NCBI GenBank assembly: GCA_963705255.1
Contig: OY970061.1
Location: 96,001-160,000 of the forward strand
Length of the DNA stretch: 64,000 nt
Source of the DNA: an uncultured Methanoregulaceae archaeon
GTDB lineage: Archaea > Halobacteriota > Methanomicrobia > Methanomicrobiales > Methanospirillaceae
Reading direction: 5' to 3'
This document shows, one piece after another, positions 31,558-40,783 of the stretch. How positions within the stretch are numbered: position 1 is the stretch's first letter; each line of letters opens with the position of its first letter. The notes below the pieces were generated by a model, which searched no databases, was not told the origin of the DNA, and was given only the letters and a program-made list of their open reading frames with translations. Position numbers and translations under genes: made by a program.

Positions 31558-32046
31558 ATGGTGTTGGAAAAGATGGATCGGATGCAGGATTACCGGCTTG
31601 GCGGACTCGTTTCCTATCTGTTGCGGGCCCAGTCTGCTTTCTACACGCAACGGCTCAGGCCCTACAACATCAGTTACGGGCAGTTCCCGTTCCTGATGGC
31701 GCTCTACCGCGAAGATGGCGTGAACCAGGAGACCATTGCAAAGAGGCTGCTCTTCAACAAGGCGACGATTGCCCGTGCGATTGACAAACTTGAGCGGGGG
31801 GGGTATGTCTACCGCACCCAGGACGAATACGACGGGCGGGCGAACCGGATCTTCCTGACCCCGAAAGGGAGGGAGATCAGACCCGTTCTCGATCAGCTGT
31901 CCCATGAATGGAACTCGATCCTCATCTCCGGGTTTACGGAAATCGAACGTATCCTGCTCAAAGAACTTATGAGAAAGATTGTCTCCAATGTGATGCATGA
32001 GATGGACCAGGAGGACATGGCGATTCTTTCGGAACTCATGAAATGA
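31558..32046 (+). CDS. MarR family transcriptional regulator
   Basis: QFPFLMALYREDGVNQETIA...KATIARAIDKLE..GYV.R..D..DGRA..I.LT.KG. Confidence 0.9.
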   Translation: MVLEKMDRMQDYRLGGLVSYLLRAQSAFYTQRLRPYNISYGQFPFLMALYREDGVNQETIAKRLLFNKATIARAIDKLERGGYVYRTQDEYDGRANRIFLTPKGREIRPVLDQLSHEWNSILISGFTEIERILLKELMRKIVSNVMHEMDQEDMAILSELMK

Positions 32047-32145
32047 ACGAAGATTTTTCCCTGTCCTGTCGCACTGCCTCCCGGCGCAATATCGGCACCC
32101 CCTGCCGTCCGATCTTCGGGGATGGTGACGATGCCAGACGGGGAT

Positions 32146-32165
32146 ATAGTTGACTGGGCAACTAA
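32146..32165. promoter_or_regulatory. Second putative MarR operator, upstream of the ABC exporter
   Basis: ATAGTTG-ACTGGG-CAACTAA; same half-sites and spacing as 31481. Confidence 0.7.
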
Positions 32166-32200
32166 TTTGATATACCCTTACCGACAGATAGGAGAAAATA

Positions 32201-33157
32201 ATGCAGGCAATTGAAGTATCTCATCTCGTCAAACGATTCGGCTCTCTCACCGCACTCAACGATATCAGTTTCTCGGTGGGTGAGGGAGAGACCTTCGGTT
32301 TTCTGGGCCCCAATGGTGCCGGCAAGACCACCACCATCCGTATTCTGACGGGCATCTCGCGTCCGACCTCGGGGACGGCAACCATCTTCGGCCATGACAT
32401 CGAGCACGACACCATCGCCGCACGGCAGTCCATGGGCATCGTATCCGAGACCTCGAACGTGTACGATGACCTGACCGGGTGGCAGAACATGATGTTTTCA
32501 GCAGAACTCTATCACGTGGGAAGGAACGAGCGGGAGAAGAAAGCTGCCGAACTGCTGACGCTCTTTGGGTTATACGATCGGCGCAATGACCTCGCGCATG
32601 GTTTTTCGAAGGGGATGAAACGACGGCTGACACTCGCGATGGGGCTGGTCAACAGCCCGCGCCTGCTCTTCCTGGATGAACCAACCTCGGGGCTCGATGT
32701 CCAGAGCAACCTCATCATCCGGGACGTGGTCACGGATCTCATCCGCGAGGGCGTCACGGTTTTTCTGACGACCCATAATATCGAGGAGGCAAATGTCATG
32801 TGCGACCGGGTGGCGATCATCAATAAGGGTACCATTGCTGCCATCGACGCGCCGGAACGGCTGAAAAAGACGATCCAGAGCGTTCAGTCGATCGAGTTCT
32901 CGTTCGACCGCAATTCTGCCGACCAGCTGGACGATCTCCGCAGCCTTCCGATGGTGAACGATGCACGCAAGGCCGGCGACAAGTTCAAGCTCTACACCGA
33001 AGACCCGTCGGAAGTTATCGATGCCGTGATGACCTATGCCCGCTCCCGCAATCTCAGGGTGATCAGCATCACGACGCTCGGCCCCAGCCTCGAGGACGTA
33101 TTCATCCGGTTGACCGGCCTGCAACGGGCAGGGGGTGCAGTCCATGCCATCGATTGA
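32201..33157 (+). CDS. ABC-2 (DrrA-like) exporter ATP-binding protein
   Basis: GPNGAGKTT, FSKGMKRR, LFLDEPT, SLEDVF. Confidence 0.95.
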   Translation: MQAIEVSHLVKRFGSLTALNDISFSVGEGETFGFLGPNGAGKTTTIRILTGISRPTSGTATIFGHDIEHDTIAARQSMGIVSETSNVYDDLTGWQNMMFSAELYHVGRNEREKKAAELLTLFGLYDRRNDLAHGFSKGMKRRLTLAMGLVNSPRLLFLDEPTSGLDVQSNLIIRDVVTDLIREGVTVFLTTHNIEEANVMCDRVAIINKGTIAAIDAPERLKKTIQSVQSIEFSFDRNSADQLDDLRSLPMVNDARKAGDKFKLYTEDPSEVIDAVMTYARSRNLRVISITTLGPSLEDVFIRLTGLQRAGGAVHAID

Positions 33158-33911
33158 TTATGACGGGCTGGCGGAACGTCTTTCCCGGGAGTTGTCTGCC
33201 GCATGGGCGATCGCCAGGAAGGACATGCGGACCTATTATATCAAGCCCAACATCATCGTCTCCGGCATCCTCTTCCCGCTCTTCATGTTCCTTGCCTTTG
33301 CCATCGGGAAGAACGCCCCGCCCGGCACCCTGATCCCGGGGCTGATCGCGATCACCCTCCTCTTTTCCGCTTCCTCGATCGAGCCGGTATCCATCCCCAT
33401 CGAGCGGCGGGTCAAGACGTTCGACCGCCTGCTCTCGGCACCGATCTCGCTCCACTCGCTGGTCTTCGGCGAGAGCCTGAGCGGTTTTCTCTACAGTCTG
33501 GGGATAGCGTGTCTTCCGCTCGTGTTCGGCATCATCCTGTTCAGCACGCCGGTTGAACACGCACTGGTCCTCGTGATCGCCATGGCACTGACCGCGTTCT
33601 GCTTTGCGACACTCGGGACCCTGTTTGCCGCGTACCCTACCGAGAACGTCGGGGAAGTGATGTCGATGCTCAACACGGTCCGGCTGCCGCTCATCTTCAT
33701 CTCCGGTGTCTTTATCCCGATGTCGGCCATGCCGCAGATCGGCCAGGAGATCGCACTTTTCTCCCCGCTCACCTATGGAAACGACATGATCGAGTACGCG
33801 TATACCGGCACCTCGCTCTTTTCGCCGCTGCTGGATATCGTGGCGCTGGTGATCTTCATCCTGGTCTTCCAGTTTGTGGCAAACCGGCTGTACAAGAAGT
33901 TCAATGAGTGA
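33144..33911 (+). CDS. ABC-2 type exporter permease
   Basis: Six TMs; ERR..TFDRLLSAP, FISGVFIP, SPLTY. Confidence 0.9.
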   Translation: MPSIDYDGLAERLSRELSAAWAIARKDMRTYYIKPNIIVSGILFPLFMFLAFAIGKNAPPGTLIPGLIAITLLFSASSIEPVSIPIERRVKTFDRLLSAPISLHSLVFGESLSGFLYSLGIACLPLVFGIILFSTPVEHALVLVIAMALTAFCFATLGTLFAAYPTENVGEVMSMLNTVRLPLIFISGVFIPMSAMPQIGQEIALFSPLTYGNDMIEYAYTGTSLFSPLLDIVALVIFILVFQFVANRLYKKFNE

Positions 33912-34078
33912 GGGGGGTACCAGAACGGTAAAATCAGGGAAGGAATGACAAAAAACGTCAGGGGAAGGCCATGCCGTGAAAACCGGGACGGGTGAGATTG
34001 CCATATATGACGAGGGCAATCTTCATGCAGCCCTCCGGTGAGCGGGGCCGGGGGCCCCGGTATGCCACAATTTTTTTA

Positions 34079-35779
34079 TCAGGCGGTCTCGATCTTATCG
34101 GCTTCCTGGAGCCCGAGCACTTTTACCGACTCTTCCCGCATCCTGAACTTCTGGATCTTGCCGGAGATGGTGACCGGGAAGTCATCGACGAACATGACGT
34201 ACCGGGGGATCTTGTAGTGGGCGATCTTCCCCTTGCAGAAGTCTTTCACATCCTGTTCGGTCATGGTCTGCCCCGGTTTCATCTTCACCCATGCGCAGAG
34301 CTCCTCGCCGTACTTGATGTCCGGGACACCCACGACGTACACATCCGCGATCTTCTCGTGGTGGTGCAAAAACTCCTCGATCTCCCGCGGGTAGATGTTC
34401 TCGCCGCCCCGGATGACCATGTCCTTGAGCCGGCCCACGATCCTGAAGTAGCCCTCCTCGTCCATGGTGGCGAGGTCGCCCGTGTGGTTCCAGTGGTCCT
34501 TGTCGAGCGTGGCATGCGTTGCCGAAGGGTTGTTGTAATAGCACTTCATCACGCAATAGCCCCGGGCGCAGATCTCGCCGATCTCGCCGTACGGCACGAT
34601 CTTGCCGGTCTTGGCGTCGACGATCTTGAGCTCGGTGTGCGGGAATGCCCGGCCCACCGTCGCGACCCGGCGGTCGAGGGGATCTTTCGTCGTCGTCATT
34701 GTCACGCCGGGGCTCGTCTCGGTCTGCCCGTACACGATCACGATCTCGCTCATGTGCATCCGGGTGTTGACCTCCTTCATCACCTCGATCGGGCAGGGCG
34801 AGCCGGCCATGATGCCGGTCCGGAGGGAGCGGAGGTCGTACTTTGCGAAGTTCGGGTGGGAGAGCTCGGCGATGAACATGGTCGGGACGCCGTGTACCGC
34901 GGTGCAGTGCTCCTTCTCGATGGTCTTTAATACCTCCTCGGCATCGAAGGCCGGGGCAGGGAGGACCATCGTGGAGCCGTGGGTGACGCAGGCGAGGTTC
35001 GCGAGGACCATGCCGAAGCAGTGATAGAAGGGGACCGGGATGCAGAGCCGGTCCTTCTCGGAGAAGCCCATACCCTCGCTGATGATGAACCCGTTGTTGA
35101 GGACATTATGGTGGGTCAGGACGACTCCCTTCGGGAACCCCGTAGTGCCGCTCGTGTACTGGATGTTGATCGGGTCGTCGAACGAGAGGGCCTCGCCCCG
35201 TTCGACCAGCTCGTCGGTATTGATCTCGTCCGCCTTTTTCAGGAAGTCTCCCCAGGTGTACATGCCGTTGTAGGGGATGTCCCCGAGAAAGATCGCGTTC
35301 TTGAGGAATGGGAACTTCTCGCTCGAGATCCTCCCGGGCTTCGCCTCGTACACTTCCGGGCAGGCCTCGTAGAACATGCCCACGTAATCCGAGGTCTTGA
35401 ACCGCCCCTGGACGATCAGGGTCGAGATCTCGGACTGCTTCAGCACGTAATCGAGCTCATAGGTGCGGTAGGCGGGGTTGATGTTCACCATGATCGCCCC
35501 GATCTTGGAGGTGGCGAACTGGACCACCACCCACTCGGCATGGTTCATGGCCCAGATGCCGACCCGGTCGCCCTTCTCCACGCCAAGGCCCATGAGGGCG
35601 CGGGCCACCTGGTTCACCTGGGACAGGAAGTCCCGGTAGGACCACCGGAGGTTCTGGTGCATGGATACGATCGCGTCGGTGTCCGGGTATTTTGCCGCAA
35701 TACTGTCGACCATCTCGCCGATGGTCATTCCCAGCAGGGGTACTGCTGATGTTCCGCACGTGTAGCTACCCTCGACCAT
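34079..35779 (-). CDS. Acyl-CoA synthetase (AMP-binding, ACSF2/FadD-like)
   Basis: YTSGTTGFPKG, YGQTE, HTGDLA, GRLKDMVIRGGENIYPREIE, SGKIQK. Confidence 0.95.
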   Translation of the reverse strand: MVEGSYTCGTSAVPLLGMTIGEMVDSIAAKYPDTDAIVSMHQNLRWSYRDFLSQVNQVARALMGLGVEKGDRVGIWAMNHAEWVVVQFATSKIGAIMVNINPAYRTYELDYVLKQSEISTLIVQGRFKTSDYVGMFYEACPEVYEAKPGRISSEKFPFLKNAIFLGDIPYNGMYTWGDFLKKADEINTDELVERGEALSFDDPINIQYTSGTTGFPKGVVLTHHNVLNNGFIISEGMGFSEKDRLCIPVPFYHCFGMVLANLACVTHGSTMVLPAPAFDAEEVLKTIEKEHCTAVHGVPTMFIAELSHPNFAKYDLRSLRTGIMAGSPCPIEVMKEVNTRMHMSEIVIVYGQTETSPGVTMTTTKDPLDRRVATVGRAFPHTELKIVDAKTGKIVPYGEIGEICARGYCVMKCYYNNPSATHATLDKDHWNHTGDLATMDEEGYFRIVGRLKDMVIRGGENIYPREIEEFLHHHEKIADVYVVGVPDIKYGEELCAWVKMKPGQTMTEQDVKDFCKGKIAHYKIPRYVMFVDDFPVTISGKIQKFRMREESVKVLGLQEADKIETA

Positions 35780-36134
35780 TGCACAACTATTGGGGCCCGG
35801 GATATTATATGCATAATGCTTTGTACCGGCTTGTGGTGCACTCGAGTTTCCCCTTCACGGGCAACAATTATGTATGCCGTAATTTTTTTCCATAGGGCAT
35901 CCCCAGGATGATACCTCCGGCTCCGATGAATCTGGAGGTACGGACCGCAGTGGTGCACCCGTCAGCCATTCTGGTGCGGGAGTCTCGCGTTCCTGAAGTG
36001 TCCGGGGTATACGAGTTCCTGATTCCCGTGGCGGGATGCCTGGAGGCAAGGGTCGGAAAGAACAAAACTCTTAAGTTTACGCACTGCGATTTTATTGAGT
36101 CGGAACGGGAAAATTTCCCGGTACTGACAGCATG

Positions 36135-36361
36135 GGGGTTGTGGCCTAGCCCGGTATGGCGACGGGCTCCAGCGGTCTTTGCGTTCTTTCGTGCTCGCAG
36201 ATGATGAACAATGGGTCTACTGAGTTGACCTTTCCGGCATCAGCCGGAGAGGGCAAGGAGAAACTCGTAAGAGTTTCGAATTGATGCGATGATGACCCGT
36301 TGGAGCACTGATGCATGTCGGAGAGACCCGTCGATCGTGAGTTCAAATCTCACCAACCCCA
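36135..36361 (+). tRNA. tRNA-Trp (CCA) with ~153-nt intron at 37/38 (36173-36325)
   Basis: Acceptor GGGGTTG/CAACCCC; ACGGG-CTCCAG[intron]A-CCCGT; BHB helix CTCC/GGAG; GTTCAAATC T loop. Confidence 0.95.
36201..36311 (+). ncRNA. Intron-encoded box C/D guide RNA for 2'-O-methylation of tRNA-Trp positions 34/39
   Basis: C ATGATGA 36201, D' CTGA 36220, C' ATGATGA 36289, D CTGA 36308; guides GGGTCT and CCGTTGGAGC pair with the pre-tRNA anticodon arm. Confidence 0.85.
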
Positions 36362-36453
36362 CGTTTTCTGACATCTTCTGATCCTACCGTTTACTATCCT
36401 GCCGTAAGGGCCCGGGTTTTTATCTTCTTACTCCCGACAGGGATCTGATATAC

Positions 36454-36843
36454 ATGACCAGCGAACGCTACAGACGCGGGTGGGAGAAGCTGAAAGAGGT
36501 AGACGGCGAGGCCGGCGAGAAGGTGATCGCGAGCCTTCAGGATATTGCACCGGACCTCGGGCGGTTCACGATCGAGTTCCCGTTCGGGGATATTTACACC
36601 CGCCCGGACCTGGATCTCCGCTCGCGGGAGATCGCGGTTGTCGCCGCCCTCACGGCGCTCGGCAACGCTGCACCGCAGCTGAAGGTGCATATCCACGGGG
36701 CGCTCAACGTAGGGGTCACACGGGACGAATTGGTCGGGATCATCACGATGATGGCCGTCTACGCGGGGTTCCCTGCTGCGCTCAACGGTATGGCAGCGGC
36801 AAAAGACGTGTTTGCCGAACGCGACGGGAAAGGGCTGGCCTAG
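36454..36843 (+). CDS. Carboxymuconolactone decarboxylase (CMD/AhpD-like) family protein
   Basis: FGDIY.RP.LDLRSRE, QLKVHIHGALNVG, YAGFPAA. Confidence 0.9.
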   Translation: MTSERYRRGWEKLKEVDGEAGEKVIASLQDIAPDLGRFTIEFPFGDIYTRPDLDLRSREIAVVAALTALGNAAPQLKVHIHGALNVGVTRDELVGIITMMAVYAGFPAALNGMAAAKDVFAERDGKGLA

Positions 36844-37172
36844 TCCCCCTTTTTCTTCTTCTTCCGGACCTCTTCCAGCCCGTCAAGTGCGGCGGGGAGG
36901 CATTCGAGGACGCCGACGAGCCCGGTCAGGTGCAGGTTCATAACGACCGCGCCCACGATCTCGTCCCTGGTCGCCCCGGCCTGCCACGCCATGATGGCGT
37001 GCAGCCGCACTCCTTCGGGGTTCCGGATAGCGGTCTGGATTGCGATATTGATGAGCTGTTTTGTCTTGTTATCGAGGCCGCTGAGGGTCCGCTGAACCTC
37101 CACGAGGTTGTTGAACCGCTCCTCAAGCTCGGGGCACTCCTTCCGGAACACGTCATAGGAACTCTTCGCCAT
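36840..37172 (-). CDS. CMD/AhpD-like family protein
   Basis: LDNKTKQLINIA, H...A...GATRDEI; convergent, both stops share CTAG. Confidence 0.8.
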   Translation of the reverse strand: MAKSSYDVFRKECPELEERFNNLVEVQRTLSGLDNKTKQLINIAIQTAIRNPEGVRLHAIMAWQAGATRDEIVGAVVMNLHLTGLVGVLECLPAALDGLEEVRKKKKKGD

Positions 37173-37267
37173 AGTGCACGCTCGTACTACTTAGGTAATA
37201 TCTGCATCAGCCCGCGGAATTATATAACCTTGTATCTGGAGGAAGTCACATCAGTGACTTCCGAGAC

Positions 37268-37481
37268 GAGAAGATTCTGACGCAGGAAGAATCTTCGAGT
37301 TCGAACAGGTCATCGGCTGATTCTTCAGGCCGGTTCTTCTCCACCTCCCGCAGTCGACGAACATACCCGCACTCGATTCCCTGATGGGATGATCTTATCT
37401 CACCGGCTCCTGATGCACATACTCGTAGTCGAAGATTCCTTCGGAATCTTCTCCACTCGTATGTTACTTCGTAACATACTC
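37268..37481. repeat. Modular hairpin repeat cluster, copy D (upstream of fae-hps)
   Basis: GAGAAGATTC...GAATCTTCGA; TC-GAAGATTCC-TTC-GGAATCTTC-TC; TC-GTATGTTAC-TTC-GTAACATAC-TC. Confidence 0.75.
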
Positions 37482-37532
37482 GTTTTATGATAGATGACAG
37501 GCACATACTATTACCATCATACGGAGAGTTCC

Positions 37533-38714
37533 ATGTATTTAGTCGGAGAAGCACTTGTTGGTGATGGCGCGGAACTGGCGCATATCGATCTGCTCATGGG
37601 GGACAAGGAAGGCCCGATCGGCACGGCATTCGCGAACGCGATGTCGCAGCTCTCGGCGGGGCACACGCCGCTCCTCGCGGTCGTCCGCCCGAACCTGCTG
37701 ACCAAGCCGGTGACGCTCGTCATCCCGAAGGTCACGCTCAAGACGATGCCGCAGGTGAACGAGATGTTCGGCCCCGTGCAGGCAGCGGTCGCGAAAGCGG
37801 TTGCCGACAGCGTCGAGGAGGGGGCGTTCGCCAGTGCCGATATCGAGCAGCTGGTCATCCTCGTGTCGGCTTTTGTCCACCCGGAGGCAAAGGACTATAA
37901 TAAGATCTACCGGTTCAACTACGGGGCAACGAAGCTTGCCATCACCCGTGCGATGGAAGCGTTCCCCGACAGGAAGACGCTCATCTACGAGAAGGACCGT
38001 GCGGCCCACGCGATCATGGGGTTCAAGGTGCAGCGCCTCTGGGACCCGCCCTACCTGCAGGTCGCCCTCGACCTCGTGGACATGGCAAAGGTGGCAAGTG
38101 TCCTGACAGGACTCCCGGAGAACGACCACCTGATCATCGAGGCGGGAACCCCGCTCATCAAGAAGTTCGGCCTCTCCGTCCTCTCCGAGATCCGAAAATA
38201 CAAGCCCAACGCGTTCATCATCGCGGACCTCAAGATTCTCGATACCGGTAACCTCGAGGCCCGGATGGCGGCGGACGCGACCGCTGACGCCGTGGTCATC
38301 TCCGGGCTCGCCCCCACCTCCACGATGGAGAAGGCGATCGCCGAGGCCCGCAAGGTCGGGATCTACTCGATCATCGATATGCTGAACGTCCAGAACCCGG
38401 CCAGGGTCATCGAGAAGCTGAAGGTCAAGCCCGACATCGTGGAACTCCACCGTGCGATCGATGTCGAGGAGACTGCCCATGCTTGGGGCGACATCCCGGC
38501 GATCAGGAAGGCGGCGGGCGGCAAGCTCCTCGTGGCAACCGCCGGCGGCGTCCGCGTGAACGTGGTTAAGGACGCACTCAAGGCAGGCGCAGACATCCTC
38601 GTGGTCGGCCGCGCGATCACCGCGTCGAAGGATGTCGGGCACGCTGCGGACGAGTTCCTGGAGCAGCTGAACCGGGAAGAGATCGACCAGTTCAGGATTA
38701 TGACGGATTTCTAA
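37533..38714 (+). CDS. fae-hps: Bifunctional formaldehyde-activating enzyme / 3-hexulose-6-phosphate synthase
   Basis: VGEALVGDG.ELAHIDL, GHTPLLAVVRPNL, YNKIYRFNYGATK; LQVALD, IEAGTPLIK, ADLK.LD, AGG, VVGRAIT. Confidence 0.95.
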   Translation: MYLVGEALVGDGAELAHIDLLMGDKEGPIGTAFANAMSQLSAGHTPLLAVVRPNLLTKPVTLVIPKVTLKTMPQVNEMFGPVQAAVAKAVADSVEEGAFASADIEQLVILVSAFVHPEAKDYNKIYRFNYGATKLAITRAMEAFPDRKTLIYEKDRAAHAIMGFKVQRLWDPPYLQVALDLVDMAKVASVLTGLPENDHLIIEAGTPLIKKFGLSVLSEIRKYKPNAFIIADLKILDTGNLEARMAADATADAVVISGLAPTSTMEKAIAEARKVGIYSIIDMLNVQNPARVIEKLKVKPDIVELHRAIDVEETAHAWGDIPAIRKAAGGKLLVATAGGVRVNVVKDALKAGADILVVGRAITASKDVGHAADEFLEQLNREEIDQFRIMTDF

Positions 38715-38747
38715 ATAGGAATTGAAAATTGATATAATTTTTTTCTC

Positions 38748-39548
38748 TCATTCAAAAATTTTTAATAAAAACTCTTTTGCTAATCGTTTTTGAGTTCGTT
38801 CCTCAACAACTCGAAGATCTTTGCCAATTTGAACTGATAAATTTATAATTTTCAGATAGTCTTTCATATTTTTCGAATTTACAACAACAGTTCCTGCATC
38901 GATTCCATTTTTTATAAACGATAACATGAAATCTTTTTGATCATTCCGATACCCAAATTTGACACCATTCTTGAAATTTCCATAATACATAGGCGATTCA
39001 CTTTCTTCAACATCATCTCCACTTTTATCTACGATTTTTTTGTCGATTTTGTCGATTTGTATGATAGAATAATATTGCATAAAAGTACCTAATGAAAGAG
39101 TTGTAATATCAATAAATAACTGAGCAATTTCAATTGAATCTTCTACTTTTCCGGATTCTGGTTTTTTATAAAAATGTTCTAAATCAACTCTGATATTGTT
39201 AATTTTTTTGAAGATTAAAGACGGAGTTAATCCCATCTTTTGCAAATTATCAATTTTTAAAGGAAAATTTAATTTTTCATATGGAATTCCTAAAGAATAA
39301 TGAATAATGTCACTTTGACATTCAATGGATCGCTTAACATTCGTTAATGCATTGATAAAGCCGTGATCGTTGGCAAGTTGAAAATCTTGTTTTGCATATT
39401 CTAGGAATTCAAGTGGTGAAATTTCAAAATGTTGTGAATCTTCTTCTAGAATTGAACTTCCAGAATCTGGTTCAACAATACAAGAGTTTGCATCAAAATT
39501 TATTTCTGAGAATTTCTCTTTTAACGTAAATTGTTGTTTATCTACCAT
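38748..39548 (-). CDS. AT-rich hypothetical protein with HEPN-like R-x4-H motif
   Basis: Much lower GC than neighbours; NALTNVKRSIECQ, FP.KI..L, KINNIRVDLEHFY. Confidence 0.6.
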   Translation of the reverse strand: MVDKQQFTLKEKFSEINFDANSCIVEPDSGSSILEEDSQHFEISPLEFLEYAKQDFQLANDHGFINALTNVKRSIECQSDIIHYSLGIPYEKLNFPLKIDNLQKMGLTPSLIFKKINNIRVDLEHFYKKPESGKVEDSIEIAQLFIDITTLSLGTFMQYYSIIQIDKIDKKIVDKSGDDVEESESPMYYGNFKNGVKFGYRNDQKDFMLSFIKNGIDAGTVVVNSKNMKDYLKIINLSVQIGKDLRVVEERTQKRLAKEFLLKIFE

Positions 39549-39649
39549 TATCAAAAATTAAACAGAGGTAATATTTTATTCTGCTTATTATCCCTCACTT
39601 TAGAAAAATGCAGTGGCCACCCCCCCCTATTCGCAGAGAGTCCCCGGCG

Positions 39650-40783
39650 ACGCCTTGTCGGGTCGCAGTTGGGCAGGGTTTCGGATCCGGGTGTAAGTGC
39701 GTAGCGTAAAACCCGGCGAGGCGTTTTGTACGTAGGGCATCGCATCAGACGCACAACAATATCCGACCACAAACCCCATCATCTTTCCAAACTCCATTAA
39801 TATATTAATGACTCGCGGAAAAAAGCCTGACGGAGCGATCAAGGAAGCAAAAAAATTCGCGGAGCGGATGGGATACTGGTGGCAGGAGAACACGAATCCG
39901 GAGCTCGCGTACGATCTCTTTACCTTCAAACCCAAGTCCGCTCTGATCGTGAAGGTCCGGCAGACCCGGTACACGATCAACCCGGACACGATGTACGAAG
40001 ATCTTCTCCCGGACGATCTCCGCGGGGTCCGGGCACTCCCGTTCCCGGCTTGGCTGCCCCGCGAGATCTGGCTCCGCACCCAGCACGAGCGGGCCTGGCG
40101 GAGGTTCCGTGTCATCGATCTTGCTGTCAGCGAGATCGAGTGGTGGGGGCCGGATGGGTACAAGAACCCGCATGCCCGGTGAGGTGCTTCCTCCAGGGAT
40201 CGCCCCTCCTTTATAAAGAGGGCCATTCCGGACGGTAAGTCTCCCATGGTCCATTCTCCGACGGAGAGTTCCCGGGCCGGATCCGGCACCGGAAATCTCC
40301 AGTGGAAGGGGTGCCAACGCCCGGCAAAATTCTTCTTTAAAACCAGTATTTTGGCAAAATCTTCATTTTAAGCGGGAAAAACCGTGCAATTTAGCGGGCT
40401 TGTACAGGTCGCGAAAAAAAGACAATTTATACCTTGTCCGGAAACCTGACGGGGCCCGGAGGGTCACTACGGCCGAAAAATAAAGGGGATCCCCGGAGGG
40501 CTGAAAAATGACCGGATTTTTCCCGAAAATGCTGAAAACTGCCCACCGGCGTTCCCGGTCCGGCACCGGAGGGTATCCGGGAGGAGGGATACGGTTTTTT
40601 TGCCGTTTTCCTCGTCGGCTGAAGTGGTCAAAAACCAGACTCACGGAAGAAACTCTCATTCCTGTCAGGGCCCGCGGGACAAGATTCCCAATCAAGGTAA
40701 GTGCGTAGTGTAAAATGTCGAGTCTCTTCAGAGACAAGACAGGAGAAGAACGCATCAGCGTTCTTCGAGTCCCGACAAGGCGT
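39650..40783. mobile_element. Putative ~1.13-kb element bounded by a perfect 13-bp inverted repeat; one ORF plus structured non-coding DNA
   Basis: ACGCCTTGTCGGG (39650-39662) / CCCGACAAGGCGT (40771-40783); repeated GTAAGTGCGTAGYGTAAAA near both ends; no transposase recognised. Confidence 0.4.
39808..40182 (+). CDS. Small hypothetical protein with degenerate PD-(D/E)XK (Hjc/YraN-like) nuclease fold
   Basis: Helix AIKEAKKFAERMGY, then YDLF...IVKVR, REIWLR; typical GC-rich codon use. Confidence 0.55.
   Translation: MTRGKKPDGAIKEAKKFAERMGYWWQENTNPELAYDLFTFKPKSALIVKVRQTRYTINPDTMYEDLLPDDLRGVRALPFPAWLPREIWLRTQHERAWRRFRVIDLAVSEIEWWGPDGYKNPHAR

Noticed and set aside
19649-36361. Integrated virus or island at the tRNA genes
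   Set aside because: No integrase, no duplicated tRNA 3' ends, and the flanks are housekeeping genes.
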